DNA of 32,000 bases from Mixta sp. Marseille-Q2659 (GTDB lineage: Bacteria > Pseudomonadota > Gammaproteobacteria > Enterobacterales > Enterobacteriaceae), in contig NZ_CALNWY010000006.1 of the NCBI RefSeq assembly GCF_940807255.1, forward strand, positions 57,139-89,138, read 5' to 3'. Numbering within the stretch: the first letter of the stretch is position 1; the number at the start of each line of letters is the position of its first letter. The notes below the pieces were generated by a model that was not told the DNA's origin, did not search any database, and saw nothing but the letters and a program-made list of their open reading frames with translations. Positions 19,084 through 30,425 of this stretch are shown piece after piece. The position numbers and the translations under genes were made by a program.

Positions 19084-20181
19084 TTAGCCCGGAAGCTTAT
19101 TCTTATTGGCGCGACGCAGGCGACGCTTGAAGCGTTTGATCATACGGGCTACGCGCCAGGCGCGTTTGATGCAGTAGCCATAGAGGATAAAAGCGAACAG
19201 AAACAGCAGCAGCATTACCCATTCAGGGATGAAGGCTAAGTATTCGCCCAGCACGCCCACGCCAGCCAGCAGCGCAGCGGCAAGCGTGATTAGCACAAAT
19301 GCCTGTCGTGAAGTAAAACCGGCGCGCATGATCAAATGATGAATATGCTGGCGATCGGCGGAGAAGGGACTCATCCCTTTACGCAGACGGCGATACATAA
19401 TGGCGACCATATCCATCAGCGGAATCGCGATCAGCCACAGCGCCGTCACCGGCGTAATGGGATGCGTTACGCCCTGCGTGGTTTCCAGCAGGATCCAGAT
19501 AATGGTGAAGCCGATTAAGGTGCTGCCGGCATCGCCCATAAAGACTTTGTAGCGCTTACCGAAAACGCCAAGGTTAAGCAGGATGTAGGGAAGCGTGGCG
19601 GCAATCATGGCGAAACACCACATCGACAGGCTGTGCTGCCCGTCAAAGTAGAGAATGATGCCCATCGCGCCAAAGCTAACGCAGGAGAGACCGCCCAGCA
19701 GTCCGTCGATCCCGTCCACCATATTAAAGGCGTTGATCGCGGCCCATACGGCGAACAGCGTCAGCACATAGCCAAACGGGCCGACGACCAATTCCATCGG
19801 CCCAATAATATAGCCGAGGCTAAGCAGGTAAAGCTTGCCGACCACCATCATGACAATGGCGATCGCCGCCTGTACGACGGCGCGAATTTTGACACTAATG
19901 TCAAAACGGTCATCCAGCGCGCCAATTAACACCAGCACGCCCGCACAGATCAGATAAAGCGTCGCATGCGGCAAATAATAATTGGTAATCGCGAACGTGA
20001 AGCAGATACCGGCATAGACGGAAATGCCCCCGACCAGCGGGATCAGCCCCTGATGACGTTTACGATAGTTAGGTCGATCGACCAGGCCGACTTTTTTAGC
20101 TGCTTTACGAGCAAAAAAAATGAACGCCAGTGAAAACAGAAAAATTAGACCAAGCTCGGTACTCATGGTGAGTAAATTCAC
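19084..20181 (-). CDS. wecA: UDP-GlcNAc:undecaprenyl-phosphate GlcNAc-1-phosphate transferase
   Basis: 365 aa with a GTG start. (M)NLLTMSTELGLIFLF...KRHQGLIPLVGGISVYAGICFTF...NAFNMVDGIDGL is colinear with E. coli WecA/Rfe. First gene of the ECA cluster. Confidence 0.95.
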   Translation of the reverse strand: MNLLTMSTELGLIFLFSLAFIFFARKAAKKVGLVDRPNYRKRHQGLIPLVGGISVYAGICFTFAITNYYLPHATLYLICAGVLVLIGALDDRFDISVKIRAVVQAAIAIVMMVVGKLYLLSLGYIIGPMELVVGPFGYVLTLFAVWAAINAFNMVDGIDGLLGGLSCVSFGAMGIILYFDGQHSLSMWCFAMIAATLPYILLNLGVFGKRYKVFMGDAGSTLIGFTIIWILLETTQGVTHPITPVTALWLIAIPLMDMVAIMYRRLRKGMSPFSADRQHIHHLIMRAGFTSRQAFVLITLAAALLAGVGVLGEYLAFIPEWVMLLLFLFAFILYGYCIKRAWRVARMIKRFKRRLRRANKNKLPG

Positions 20182-20360
20182 ATTAACAGCTCTCAGCTAA
20201 GACACCGGGTAACTATAAGCAATTATTATGCCTGCCAGCCTGACTGACGTCGTGATAACACAATTTCGCCGCTCGACCGCTTGTTCTTTAAGCAAAAATG
20301 CCCGCTTTTAACGTGCTTTGCGGCTGATGACGCCTGACAGTCGCCTTATCCTATAGCCCC

Positions 20361-20393
20361 AAAATGAAAAACGCCACGTCTGAGCGTGGCGTT
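20361..20393 (-). terminator. rho-independent terminator downstream of rho
   Basis: Minus strand: AACGCCACG-CTCAGA-CGTGGCGTT followed by TTTTCATTTT, 65 nt after the rho stop. Confidence 0.7.
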
Positions 20394-20457
20394 ACCCGAG
20401 TTTTCTTACCGTTGTAATGAGCATTTAACTTTCATTGTTGCTCAACGGTAAAGAAAG

Positions 20458-21717
20458 TTACGAACGTTTCATCATGTCGAAGAATTCATCGTTGGTCTTG
20501 GTCATTGCCAACTTGTTAATGAGGAATTCCATTGCATCGATTTCACCCATTGGATGAATGATTTTGCGCAGGATCCACATTTTTTGCAGCTCTTCCTGAG
20601 AAGTGAGCAGCTCTTCTTTACGCGTACCGGAGCGGTTGTAGTCGATCGCCGGGAAGACACGTTTTTCCGCGATTTTACGTGCGAGATGCAGCTCCATGTT
20701 ACCGGTGCCTTTAAACTCTTCGTAAATCACTTCGTCCATTTTCGAACCGGTATCAACCAGCGCGGTCGCGATGATGGTCAGGCTGCCGCCCTCTTCCACG
20801 TTACGCGCCGCACCGAAGAAACGCTTCGGACGATGCAGGGCGTTGGCATCCACACCACCGGTCAGAACTTTACCGGAAGCCGGTACTACGGTGTTGTAGG
20901 CGCGCGCCAGACGGGTGATGGAGTCGAGCAGAATGATGACATCCTTTTTATGCTCAACCAGACGCTTGGCCTTTTCGATCACCATTTCAGCAACCTGAAC
21001 GTGACGGGAAGCCGGTTCGTCAAAGGTAGAAGCGACCACTTCGCCCTTCACCAGACGCTGCATCTCGGTTACTTCTTCCGGACGTTCGTCAATCAGCAGC
21101 ACCATCAGCACGCAGTCAGGATGGTTGTAAGCGATGCTCTGCGCAATGTTTTGCAGTAGCATGGTTTTACCGGCTTTCGGCGGCGCAACAATCAGACCGC
21201 GCTGGCCGCGACCGATCGGCGAAGCCAGATCCAGTACGCGAGCAGTCAGATCTTCTGTGGAGCCGTTACCGCGCTCCATGCGCAGACGAGAGTTGGCATG
21301 CAGCGGCGTCAGGTTTTCAAACAGAATCTTACTGCGCGCATTTTCCGGTTTGTCGTAGTTGACCTCATTAACCTTCAACAGCGCAAAGTAACGCTCGCCC
21401 TCTTTCGGCGGACGAATTTTGCCTGAAATGGGGTCACCAGTGCGAAGGTTAAAACGGCGGATTTGGCTGGGAGAAACATAGATGTCGTCGGGACCGGCGA
21501 GGTAGGAGCTGTCTGCGGAGCGGAGGAAACCAAATCCGTCCTGCAATATCTCCAGTACGCCATCACCGAAAATATCCTCTCCGCTTTTCGCGTGTTGTTT
21601 GAGGATAGCGAAAATGATGTCCTGTTTGCGCATGCGCGCCAGGTTTTCCAGCCCCATGTTCTCGCCGAGAGTAATCAGCTCTGAAACCGGCGTATTTTTT
21701 AGTTCGGTAAGATTCAT
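20458..21717 (-). CDS. rho: transcription termination factor Rho
   Basis: 419 aa. [66 protein letters not shown]..., with the Walker A motif APPKAGKT. Nearly identical to E. coli Rho. Confidence 0.99.
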   Translation of the reverse strand: MNLTELKNTPVSELITLGENMGLENLARMRKQDIIFAILKQHAKSGEDIFGDGVLEILQDGFGFLRSADSSYLAGPDDIYVSPSQIRRFNLRTGDPISGKIRPPKEGERYFALLKVNEVNYDKPENARSKILFENLTPLHANSRLRMERGNGSTEDLTARVLDLASPIGRGQRGLIVAPPKAGKTMLLQNIAQSIAYNHPDCVLMVLLIDERPEEVTEMQRLVKGEVVASTFDEPASRHVQVAEMVIEKAKRLVEHKKDVIILLDSITRLARAYNTVVPASGKVLTGGVDANALHRPKRFFGAARNVEEGGSLTIIATALVDTGSKMDEVIYEEFKGTGNMELHLARKIAEKRVFPAIDYNRSGTRKEELLTSQEELQKMWILRKIIHPMGEIDAMEFLINKLAMTKTNDEFFDMMKRS

Positions 21718-22052
21718 AATGGTGGGTTCTTAAACTCGGGGTATATCTCGAAAAGGTTGTCGTGAATGGTATGGCAAAGAAGGTCCATGCCCGTTAATGG
21801 CGCCGTTTTCGTGTCTGCTCGATGATCTTATGCGTGAATGCCGATCTGAAAACGAGGAGACGGTTGAAAACAGATACCGGAAATTGATGCTAACCGTCAG
21901 ATTGTTGATGCACTGTGAAGAAAAAGCCAGCGTTCAACAAGGGAAACAAACTACAGGTAAGTTCGTAATGCAGTAGATTTAACTTAGCATGCTTCATGCT
22001 GGGCGTCTAGCGGTCTGGAAAAAATTACTCGACCGCCAGAGCCCGCAATGAA

Positions 22053-22385
22053 TCAGCCCAGGTTCGCGTTCAGGAACTCTTTGAGCTGGCCTTTAGACAG
22101 CGCACCAACTTTAGTGGCTGCGACTTCACCATTCTTAAACAGCAGCAGCGTTGGGATGCCGCGAATACCGTATTTCGGCGCCGTTTCCGGGTTCTCATCG
22201 ATATTCAGTTTGGCAATGGTCAGCTTACCGTCATACTCTTCTGCTACTTCGTCGAGGATCGGGGCGATCATTTTGCACGGACCACACCATTCTGCCCAGA
22301 AGTCCACCAGCGTCAAACCTTCGGCATTCAGCACGTCGGTTTCAAAGCTTTTGTCGGTTAGATGAACGATTTTATCGCTGCTCAT
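22053..22385 (-). CDS. trxA: thioredoxin 1
   Basis: 110 aa with the WCGPC active site ([19 protein letters not shown]). C-terminal [18 protein letters not shown] as in E. coli TrxA. Confidence 0.98.
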   Translation of the reverse strand: MSSDKIVHLTDKSFETDVLNAEGLTLVDFWAEWCGPCKMIAPILDEVAEEYDGKLTIAKLNIDENPETAPKYGIRGIPTLLLFKNGEVAATKVGALSKGQLKEFLNANLG

Positions 22386-22502
22386 GTCTTACTCCACAAG
22401 ATTATGCCTGGCTGGTTGGCGTAAAATCTGCCAACGTAGGTTGACTTTATTTCACCGGATACGCTTTCGTAAAGCAATAGTAAGCTGATATTCTACCACA
22501 CT

Positions 22503-23795
22503 ATGAGCAAAACACACTTAACCGAACAGAAGTTTTCCGACTTCGCCCTGCACCCACAGGTTATCGAAGCCCTTGAAAAGAAAGGCTTCCATAATTGTAC
22601 GCCGATCCAGGCGTTAGCATTACCCCTTACATTAGAAGGGCGCGATGTCGCAGGTCAGGCGCAAACCGGAACCGGCAAAACGATGGCGTTTCTGACGTCA
22701 ACGTTCCATTATTTGCTTTCTCACCCGGCAGCCGAAGGCCGCCAGATTAATCAGCCGCGCGCGCTGATTATGGCACCGACCCGTGAACTGGCCGTACAAA
22801 TTCATGCTGACGCCGAACCGCTGGCTGAAACGACCGGGCTGAAGATTGGCCTGGCTTACGGCGGCGACGGTTACGATAAACAGCTAAAAGTGCTGGAAAA
22901 AGGCGTCGACATTCTGGTGGGTACTACCGGCCGTCTGATCGATTACGCCAAACAAAACCATATTAATCTCGGCGCTATTCAGGTCGTGGTGCTGGATGAA
23001 GCCGATCGCATGTTCGATCTCGGCTTTATTAAAGATATTCGTTGGCTGTTCCGCCGGATGCCTGCCGCTAATCAGCGTTTAAGCATGCTGTTCTCCGCTA
23101 CGCTTTCTTATCGCGTCCGCGAGTTGGCGTTTGAGCATATGAACAACGTCGAGCATATTGAAATCGAGCCGGATCAGAAAACGGGCCACCGCATTAAGGA
23201 GGAGCTGTTCTACCCTTCTAATGAAGAAAAGATGCGCCTGCTGCAAACGCTGATTGAAGAAGAGTGGCCGGATCGCGCCATCATTTTCGCCAATACCAAG
23301 CATCGCTGTGAAGACATCTGGGGCCATCTGGCGGCGGACGGCCATCGTGTCGGCTTGTTGACCGGCGACGTAGCGCAGAAAAAACGCCTGCGTATTCTGG
23401 AAGATTTTACCCGCGGCGACGTGGACATTCTGGTTGCGACCGATGTCGCAGCGCGCGGTCTGCATATCCCAGCGGTTACCCACGTCTTTAACTACGATCT
23501 GCCTGACGACTGCGAAGATTACGTACACCGGATTGGTCGTACCGGACGCGCTGGCGCCAGCGGCCACTCCATCAGCCTGGCCTGTGAAGAGTATGCGCTG
23601 AACCTGCCCGCTATCGAAGAGTATATCGGACATGGCATTCCGGTGAGCAAGTACAACAGCGACGCGCTGATGACAGACCTGCCGCCGCCGAAACGCCTGA
23701 CGCGTAATCGTCCAGGCAGCGGCCCTCGTCGTGCAGCAGGCAATAATCGTCGCAGCGGCGCGCCGCGTAATAATAATCGTAAACGTTCGGGTTAA
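22503..23795 (+). CDS. rhlB: ATP-dependent RNA helicase RhlB (degradosome DEAD-box helicase)
   Basis: 430 aa. [18 protein letters not shown]..., with [12 protein letters not shown] (VLDEADRM), SAT and [10 protein letters not shown] motifs and an Arg-rich C-tail. Colinear with E. coli RhlB. Confidence 0.97.
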   Translation: MSKTHLTEQKFSDFALHPQVIEALEKKGFHNCTPIQALALPLTLEGRDVAGQAQTGTGKTMAFLTSTFHYLLSHPAAEGRQINQPRALIMAPTRELAVQIHADAEPLAETTGLKIGLAYGGDGYDKQLKVLEKGVDILVGTTGRLIDYAKQNHINLGAIQVVVLDEADRMFDLGFIKDIRWLFRRMPAANQRLSMLFSATLSYRVRELAFEHMNNVEHIEIEPDQKTGHRIKEELFYPSNEEKMRLLQTLIEEEWPDRAIIFANTKHRCEDIWGHLAADGHRVGLLTGDVAQKKRLRILEDFTRGDVDILVATDVAARGLHIPAVTHVFNYDLPDDCEDYVHRIGRTGRAGASGHSISLACEEYALNLPAIEEYIGHGIPVSKYNSDALMTDLPPPKRLTRNRPGSGPRRAAGNNRRSGAPRNNNRKRSG

Positions 23796-23802
23796 TCACA
23801 CC

Positions 23803-25287
23803 ATGTTCAGCGCGTCGTCGCTTTATGCTGCAATTGATTTAGGTTCTAACAGCTTTCATATGTTAGTGGTGCGCGAGGTGGCTGGGAATATCCAGACTGT
23901 CGCGCGCATCAAGCGTAAAGTGCGGCTCGCCGCTGGCCTCAACAGCGCTGGCGAACTTTCTGACGAAGCGATGGAACGCGGTTTAGCGTGTCTTAAGCTT
24001 TTTTCAGAGCAGCTACAGGATATTCCCACCGATCAAATCCGCGTAGTGGCGACCGCCACGCTGCGGCTGGCCGTCAACGCCGACCGCTTCCTTAGTCAGG
24101 CAGAAAAGGTGCTGGGCTGTCCGGTCAATGTGATTAGCGGCGAAGAGGAAGCGCGCCTGATTTATCAGGGCGTGGCGCATACTACTGGCGGTTCAGATAA
24201 GCGTCTGGTGGTGGACATCGGCGGCGGCAGCACCGAGCTGGTGACCGGTGACGGCGCCCAGGCGACCGCATTATTTAGCCTGTCGATGGGCTGCGTGACC
24301 TGGCTGGAGCGCTATTTTGGCGATCGGCATTTAGGTAAGGCGAACTTTGATCGAGCGGAACAGGCAGCCCGAACCATTATCCAGCCTGTCGCCGAACGGC
24401 TGCGTGCCGAGGGCTGGCAGATTTGCGTAGGCGCTTCAGGCACCGTGCAGGCGCTGCAGGAAATCATGGTGGCGCAGGGCATGGACGAGCGTATTACGCT
24501 CAGCAAACTTCAGCAGTTAAAACAGCGCGCCATTCAGTGCGGCAAGCTGGAAGAACTGGAGATTGAAGGCCTGACGCTGGAGCGTGCGCTGGTTTTCCCC
24601 AGCGGGCTATCGATTCTGATCGCTATCTTTGAAGAACTGAATATCGACAGCATGACGCTGGCAGGCGGCGCCCTACGCGAAGGCCTGCTTTACGGCATGC
24701 TGCACTATCCGGTCGACCGCGATATTCGCAGCCGAACCATCCATAATATCCAGCGTCGTTTTATTATTGATGTCGAGCAGGCAGAGCGCGTACGCCAGCT
24801 GGCGGCCAGCTTTGCCCGCCAGGTGAGTCCGCACTGGAAACTCGATAACTACTGCCGCGAACTGCTGGAAAGCGCCTGTCTGATCCATGAAATCGGCCTG
24901 AGCGTCGATTTCCGGCTTGCCTCTCAGCATGCCGCCTATCTGGTACGTCATCTGGATCTGCCTGGCTTTACGCCCGCCCAGAAAAAGCTGCTGGCGACGC
25001 TGCTGCAAAACCAGAGTAACGGCATCGATTTAGCGCTATTGAATCAGCAAAACGCGGTACAACCGCGAATGGCGGAGCGGATGTGTCGATTGCTGCGCCT
25101 GGCGGTTATTTTCGCCAGCCGACGCCGCGACGATACGTTACCCGCGGTACGTCTGCATAGCGATGATGAAGCGCTACAGGTTGTGCTGCCGCCGGGCTGG
25201 TTGCAGGCGCACCCGCTGCGTGCAGAGATGCTGGAACAGGAAAGCCGCTGGCAATCCTATGTTCACTGGCCGCTTTCGGTCGTTTAG
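23803..25287 (+). CDS. gppA: guanosine-5'-triphosphate,3'-diphosphate pyrophosphatase (pppGpp phosphohydrolase / exopolyphosphatase family)
   Basis: The homolog N-terminus [25 protein letters not shown] starts at ATG 23803, giving 494 aa as in E. coli GppA. The track ORF (23731) is a spurious extension overlapping the rhlB 3' end. Confidence 0.95.
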   Translation: MFSASSLYAAIDLGSNSFHMLVVREVAGNIQTVARIKRKVRLAAGLNSAGELSDEAMERGLACLKLFSEQLQDIPTDQIRVVATATLRLAVNADRFLSQAEKVLGCPVNVISGEEEARLIYQGVAHTTGGSDKRLVVDIGGGSTELVTGDGAQATALFSLSMGCVTWLERYFGDRHLGKANFDRAEQAARTIIQPVAERLRAEGWQICVGASGTVQALQEIMVAQGMDERITLSKLQQLKQRAIQCGKLEELEIEGLTLERALVFPSGLSILIAIFEELNIDSMTLAGGALREGLLYGMLHYPVDRDIRSRTIHNIQRRFIIDVEQAERVRQLAASFARQVSPHWKLDNYCRELLESACLIHEIGLSVDFRLASQHAAYLVRHLDLPGFTPAQKKLLATLLQNQSNGIDLALLNQQNAVQPRMAERMCRLLRLAVIFASRRRDDTLPAVRLHSDDEALQVVLPPGWLQAHPLRAEMLEQESRWQSYVHWPLSVV

Positions 25288-25293
25288 TTTGTG

Positions 25294-25319
25294 GGGCTGC
25301 ATCGTTATCGACGCAGCCC
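25294..25319. terminator. hairpin between convergent gppA and rep (possible bidirectional terminator; no U-tract)
   Basis: GGGCTGCATCG-TTAT-CGACGCAGCCC: an 11-bp stem with one mismatch, lying 7 nt after the gppA stop and 8 nt after the rep stop. Neither flank has a T-run, so the function is uncertain. Confidence 0.35.
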
Positions 25320-25326
25320 AGCCTTC

Positions 25327-27351
25327 TCAGGCCCCTTTCTTTGCTTTATCCAGCATGGCACGCAGGCCAGCAACCCTGCTCTGCCCGGTTTTCATGCGCT
25401 CTTCGGCGCTAACCACTTTACGCTCGGTTTCCCATTGTAAATCGTCCTGCGGCAGCTCCAGCAAAAAGCGGCTTGGTTGCGGACGTACTGTCTCGCCATA
25501 TTGCCGACGTTCACGGCACAGCGTAAAGGTGAGTTCTTTTTGCGCGCGGGTAATACCGACGTAAGCCAGACGGCGTTCTTCCTCAATATTATCTTCATCG
25601 ATGCTGCTTTGATGCGGCAACAGCCCCTCTTCCATGCCGACCAGATAAACATAAGGGAACTCCAGCCCTTTCGAGGCATGCAGCGTCATTAGCTGAACCT
25701 GATCCAACTCTTCATCACTTTCGCCGCGCTCCATCATGTCGCGCAGCGTAAAGCGCGTAACCACTTGCGTTAAGGTCATCGGCTCGTCAATATCGCTGCC
25801 TTCGAGCATTTCCGTCATCCACTGAAACAGCGTATTGACGTTTTTCATGCGCATTTCAGCTGCTTTCGGACTGGCAGAGGTTTCAAACAGCCAGCTTTCA
25901 TAATCAATGCCGCGAATCAGATCGCGCACCGCATTAATCGGCTCGCGCTCTGCCAGCTGGGCAATCTCCTGCAGCCAGCCGGTAAAACGCTGTAAGTTTT
26001 CCAGGCTGCGGCCGGTGAGCGTCTGGCCCAGTCCTAAATCGAAGCTGGCGCTAAAGAGACTTTTATTACGCTGGTTCGCCCATTCACCCAGCTTTTGCAG
26101 CGTTGCCGGACCGATCTCACGGCGCGGCGTATTAATGATACGCAAAAAGGCGCTGTCGTCGTCCGCATTGGTTAATACCCGCAGATAAGCCAGCAGATCC
26201 TTAATTTCGGGACGCGAAAAGAACGAGGTTCCGCCTGAAATACGGTATGGAATCCGGTTCTGCATCAGCATTTTTTCAAACACGCGCGATTGATGATTGC
26301 CGCGATAGAGAATGGCGTAATCTTTATACTGCGTTTTATTAATAAAGTGATGGGCGATCAGCTCGCCGGTAACGCGTTCCGCCTCATGATCCTCATGATT
26401 CGCCGTCAGCACCTTTAGCTCTGCCCCATAGCCTAGCTGGGAAAACAGGCGTTTCTCGAACACGTGCGGATTGTTGGCAATGAGGATATTCGCCGCTTTC
26501 AGAATCCGCTCGGTAGAACGATAGTTCTGCTCCAGCTTAATCACCTGCAGCGCGGGAAAATCCTCTTTCAACAGCACCAGGTTTTGCGGCCTTGCGCCAC
26601 GCCAGGAATAGATAGACTGATCGTCATCACCTACCACAGTGAAACGCGCCCGTGCGCCCACCAGCAGCTTTACCAGCTCATACTGGCTGGTGTTGGTGTC
26701 CTGATACTCATCTACCAGCAAATAGCGGATACGCTGCTGCCAGCGTTCGCGCACTTCCTGATTGCGCTGCAACAGCAGCGTAGGCAACAGAATCAAATCA
26801 TCAAAATCCAGCACATTGCAGGACTTCAGATGCCGATCGTACAGCGCGTAACAGTGAGCAAAAATACGATCGCGCTCCGACTGTGCCCGCTCCTGAGCAT
26901 GGGCCGGATCGACCAGATCGTTTTTCCAGTTAGAGATCGTCGAGATAAGCTGTTGCAGCAGGTTTTTATCATTTTCGAGCCACTGCTCGGTTAAATCTTT
27001 CAGCAGCGCCAGCTGATCCTGATCGTCAAACAGGGAAAAGTTGGACTTCATGCCCAGCGCGGCATATTCGCGCTTAATAATTTCCAGCCCCAGCGTGTGA
27101 AAGGTGGAGATCATCAGGCCGCGCGCCTCTTTGCGCCCCAGCGTTTGCGCCACGCGCTCTTTCATTTCACGCGAGGCTTTGTTGGTAAAGGTAACAGCAG
27201 CGATATGACGCGCCTGATACCCACATTCACGAATCAGATGGGCAATTTTATTGGTAATGACGCGCGTCTTGCCGGAACCCGCGCCCGCCAGCACCAGGCA
27301 AGGGCCGGTGACAAATTCGACGGCTTGTTGTTGGCTGGGATTCAGACGCAT
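25327..27351 (-). CDS. rep: ATP-dependent DNA helicase Rep (SF1, UvrD/Rep family)
   Basis: 674 aa. [40 protein letters not shown]... is colinear with E. coli Rep. Confidence 0.97.
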   Translation of the reverse strand: MRLNPSQQQAVEFVTGPCLVLAGAGSGKTRVITNKIAHLIRECGYQARHIAAVTFTNKASREMKERVAQTLGRKEARGLMISTFHTLGLEIIKREYAALGMKSNFSLFDDQDQLALLKDLTEQWLENDKNLLQQLISTISNWKNDLVDPAHAQERAQSERDRIFAHCYALYDRHLKSCNVLDFDDLILLPTLLLQRNQEVRERWQQRIRYLLVDEYQDTNTSQYELVKLLVGARARFTVVGDDDQSIYSWRGARPQNLVLLKEDFPALQVIKLEQNYRSTERILKAANILIANNPHVFEKRLFSQLGYGAELKVLTANHEDHEAERVTGELIAHHFINKTQYKDYAILYRGNHQSRVFEKMLMQNRIPYRISGGTSFFSRPEIKDLLAYLRVLTNADDDSAFLRIINTPRREIGPATLQKLGEWANQRNKSLFSASFDLGLGQTLTGRSLENLQRFTGWLQEIAQLAEREPINAVRDLIRGIDYESWLFETSASPKAAEMRMKNVNTLFQWMTEMLEGSDIDEPMTLTQVVTRFTLRDMMERGESDEELDQVQLMTLHASKGLEFPYVYLVGMEEGLLPHQSSIDEDNIEEERRLAYVGITRAQKELTFTLCRERRQYGETVRPQPSRFLLELPQDDLQWETERKVVSAEERMKTGQSRVAGLRAMLDKAKKGA

Positions 27352-27434
27352 AGAAGTACTCAGTGAAAAGAAGGAGGGTTAACTAACAGCGTGGTAGTAT
27401 ATCCAGCTGCATCCATACGACTCAAGGCACGATC

Positions 27435-27716
27435 ATGGCAAAAACCGCAGCGGCAATGCATATCCTTGTAAAAGAAGAGAAACTGGCTCAGGAGCTTCTG
27501 GCACAGCTGGAGAAAGGCGCCGACTTTGAAAAACTGGCGAAGAAACATTCAACCTGTCCGAGCGGGCGCAAAGGCGGACACTTAGGCGAGTTTAAAAAAG
27601 GGGCGATGGTGCCTGCTTTTGATAAAGTGGTCTTCTCCTGCCCGCTGCTAACGCCTTACGGGCCTTTGCATACCCAGTTTGGCTATCACATTATCAAGGT
27701 GCTATACCGCAATTAA
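27435..27716 (+). CDS. ppiC: peptidyl-prolyl cis-trans isomerase C (parvulin)
   Basis: 93 aa. [22 protein letters not shown]...[15 protein letters not shown] has the same length as, and high similarity to, E. coli PpiC. Confidence 0.95.
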   Translation: MAKTAAAMHILVKEEKLAQELLAQLEKGADFEKLAKKHSTCPSGRKGGHLGEFKKGAMVPAFDKVVFSCPLLTPYGPLHTQFGYHIIKVLYRN

Positions 27717-27751
27717 TAAAAAAACCGGTGTCTTCAACACCGGTTTTTTTC
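27717..27751. terminator. bidirectional rho-independent terminator after ppiC (probably also serves ilvC)
   Basis: An A-run, then ACCGGTGT-CTTCA-ACACCGGT, then T7. The U-tract is available on both strands. It starts immediately after the ppiC stop. Confidence 0.85.
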
Positions 27752-27904
27752 TGCTGGCGTTTCGCCTGGCAATTCTGCTTAGTAAAGAATTTCGCAGTCG
27801 TTTTCGACTTGTCGAATGTGGCAAATGCTTGCGACCCCAGCAACATCAGTAGCTATGTAGCTGGGGCGCAGTTAACGCATTGGCAAGCCGAAAGAGGCCG
27901 GAAA

Positions 27905-29380
27905 TCAGCCCGCGACGCTAATCCCTTTCATATCAGTCATATAGCCACGCAGTTTACGTCCAACAGCTTCGATCGGATGATTACGCACCGCTTCATTCAC
28001 ATCGCGCAGCTGGGCGTTATCCACGGCTGCTGGTGCCGCTTCTTTGCCTAAATCGCCTGCCTGCAGGGTGGTCATAAACTTTTTCAGCAACGGTACGGCA
28101 GCATTAGCAAACAGGTAGTTGCCATACTCAGCGGTATCAGAAATAACAACGTTCATTTCATACAGACGCTTACGAGCAATAGTGTTAGCGATCAGCGGCA
28201 GCTCATGCAGCGACTCGTAATAGGCGGACTCTTCAATAATGCCGGAATCAACCATGGTTTCGAATGCCAGCTCAACGCCCGCTTTAACCATCGCGACCAT
28301 CAGCACACCACGATCGTAATATTCCTGCTCGGAAATTTTGCCTTCATACTGCGGCGAGTTTTCAAATGCGGTCGCACCGGTCTCTTCGCGCCAGGTCAGC
28401 AGTTTTTTATCGTCGTTTGCCCAGTCAGCCATCATGCCGGAAGAGAATTCGCCGGAAATGATGTCATCCATATGTTTCTGGAACAGCGGCGCCATAATGG
28501 TTTTCAGCTGTTCAGCGAGTGCGAAGGCACGAAGCTTCGCCGGATTGGACAGACGATCCATCATCAGCGTAATGCCGCCATGCTTCAGCGATTCGGTAAT
28601 GGTTTCCCAGCCATATTGCAGCAGTTTACCTGCGTAAGCGGGATCGGTGCCGTCAGCCACCAGCTTGTCGTAGCAAAGCAGTGAACCCGCCTGCAACATA
28701 CCGCAGAGAATGGTCTGCTCGCCCATCAGGTCAGATTTCACTTCGGCAACGAAAGAAGATTCCAGCACGCCCGCGCGATGACCGCCGGTTGCCGCGGCCC
28801 AGGCTTTAGCAATAGCCATACCTTCGCCTTTCGGATCGTTTTCCGGGTGAACGGCAATCAGCGTCGGCACGCCAAAACCACGTTTATACTCTTCACGAAC
28901 TTCAGTACCCGGACATTTCGGCGCAACCATCACAACGGTAATGTCTTTACGGATCTGCTCGCCGACCTCAACGATGTTAAAGCCGTGAGAATAACCCAGC
29001 GCAGCGCCATCTTTCATTAACGGCTGAACCGCCTGAACCACCGCCGAGTGCTGTTTGTCCGGCGTCAGGTTAACCACCAGATCGGCCTGCGGGATCAGTT
29101 CTTCATAGGTACCGACTTTAAAGCCGTTCTCAGTCGCCTTGCGCCAGGAAGCGCGCTTTTCAGCAATGGCTTCCGCACGCAGCGCGTAGGAAACATCAAG
29201 ACCAGAATCACGCATGTTAAGACCCTGGTTCAGACCCTGGGCGCCACAGCCAACGATGACGACTTTTTTCCCTTTCAGGTAGCTTGCTTCATCAGCAAAT
29301 TCATCACGCGCCATGAAGCGACATTTACCTAATTGCGCCAGCTGCTGACGCAGGTTCAAAGTGTTGAAATAGTTAGCCAT
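27905..29380 (-). CDS. ilvC: ketol-acid reductoisomerase (NADP+)
   Basis: 491 aa. [23 protein letters not shown]... is colinear with the E. coli class II IlvC. GGAG lies upstream of the ATG. Confidence 0.98.
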   Translation of the reverse strand: MANYFNTLNLRQQLAQLGKCRFMARDEFADEASYLKGKKVVIVGCGAQGLNQGLNMRDSGLDVSYALRAEAIAEKRASWRKATENGFKVGTYEELIPQADLVVNLTPDKQHSAVVQAVQPLMKDGAALGYSHGFNIVEVGEQIRKDITVVMVAPKCPGTEVREEYKRGFGVPTLIAVHPENDPKGEGMAIAKAWAAATGGHRAGVLESSFVAEVKSDLMGEQTILCGMLQAGSLLCYDKLVADGTDPAYAGKLLQYGWETITESLKHGGITLMMDRLSNPAKLRAFALAEQLKTIMAPLFQKHMDDIISGEFSSGMMADWANDDKKLLTWREETGATAFENSPQYEGKISEQEYYDRGVLMVAMVKAGVELAFETMVDSGIIEESAYYESLHELPLIANTIARKRLYEMNVVISDTAEYGNYLFANAAVPLLKKFMTTLQAGDLGKEAAPAAVDNAQLRDVNEAVRNHPIEAVGRKLRGYMTDMKGISVAG

Positions 29381-29473
29381 GGGTACTCCGTTTTGAGGTT
29401 GTGTTTGCCGTTATTTTTTGCGCGAGTACGCTTTGCCTCGCTTTCTATAGCCCCATCATATGACAGGAAATCC

Positions 29474-29520
29474 GTTGCTTAAATTGATATATTAACAACA
29501 TCGCATTGCAATAACTGCAA
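29474..29520. promoter_or_regulatory. candidate IlvY operator dyads in the divergent ilvY-ilvC promoter region
   Basis: Two dyads are present. The first is GTTGCTTAA-N9-TTAACAAC (29474..29499, one extra base in the left arm). The second is the perfect TTGCA-N5-TGCAA (29506..29520). They lie between the ilvC and ilvY starts, where the LysR-type IlvY binds tandem operators in E. coli. Confidence 0.5.
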
Positions 29521-29543
29521 CGTAAAAATGAGGCCTGAATCGC

Positions 29544-30425
29544 ATGGATTTACGAGACCTGAAGCTGTTTTTACATCTGACGGAGAGCCGTCATTTTGGC
29601 CGTACGGCCCGCGCCATGCACGTTTCGCCTTCGACACTTTCTCGCCAGATTCAGCGGCTTGAAGAGGATCTCGGTCAAAGCCTGTTCCTACGCGACAATC
29701 GTACTGTGACGCTCACCGAAGCAGGTGAACAGCTACGTCAGTTCGCACAGCAGACGCTGCTGCAATATCAGCAGCTGCGTCACGCCATTGACCAGCATGG
29801 CCCTTCGCTCAGCGGAGAGCTGAAACTGTTCTGTTCCGTTACGGCCGCCTACAGCCATTTGCCGCCGATACTGGATCGCTTTCGCGCCGAACATCCGCAG
29901 GTAGAAATTAAGCTGACTACCGGCGATGCCGCCGACGCCGTTGAAAAAGTACAAACCGGCGAGGCCGATCTGGCAATTTCCGGCCGTCCTGAAACGCTGC
30001 CCGCCAGCATCGATTTCACGCCGCTGGGTCACATTCCGCTGGTGTTAATCGCGCCAGCTTTACCTTGCCCGGTACGCCATCAGGCAACACAGGCCGATCC
30101 AGACTGGACGCAGATTCCGTTTATCCTGCCGGAACAAGGCCCGGCACGACGCCGCATCGATCTTTGGTTTCGCCGCCTGCGTATCGCCAATCCGCTGATT
30201 TATGCGACCGTTTCCGGCCATGAAGCTATTGTTTCGATGGTAGCGCTGGGCTGTGGCATCGCCCTGTTGCCTGACGTGGTGCTGGAAAACAGCCCGGAAC
30301 CGGTGCGTAATCGGGTACTGGTGCTGGACGATATTGATTCTGTCGCCCCGTTTGAACTGGGCGTTTGCGTTCAGAAAAAGCGGCTCGGCGAGCCGCTGAT
30401 TAAAGCCTTCTGGCAGCTGTTGTAA
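29544..30425 (+). CDS. ilvY: LysR-family transcriptional activator of ilvC
   Basis: 293 aa. MDLRDLKLFLHLTESRHFGRTARAMHVSPSTLSRQIQRLEEDLGQSLF... is colinear with E. coli IlvY and divergent from ilvC. Confidence 0.95.
   Translation: MDLRDLKLFLHLTESRHFGRTARAMHVSPSTLSRQIQRLEEDLGQSLFLRDNRTVTLTEAGEQLRQFAQQTLLQYQQLRHAIDQHGPSLSGELKLFCSVTAAYSHLPPILDRFRAEHPQVEIKLTTGDAADAVEKVQTGEADLAISGRPETLPASIDFTPLGHIPLVLIAPALPCPVRHQATQADPDWTQIPFILPEQGPARRRIDLWFRRLRIANPLIYATVSGHEAIVSMVALGCGIALLPDVVLENSPEPVRNRVLVLDDIDSVAPFELGVCVQKKRLGEPLIKAFWQLL

Noticed and set aside
20182-20360. wec operon promoter or RfaH ops/JUMPstart element upstream of wecA
   Set aside because: I found no GGCGGTAG ops motif and no convincing -35/-10 pair by eye. 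A promoter must exist here, but I cannot place it from sequence alone.
22011-22036. Possible trxA terminator hairpin (GCGGTC...GACCGC)
   Set aside because: The stem is only 6 bp with a 14-nt loop, and no U-tract follows on the minus strand. This is too weak to call.
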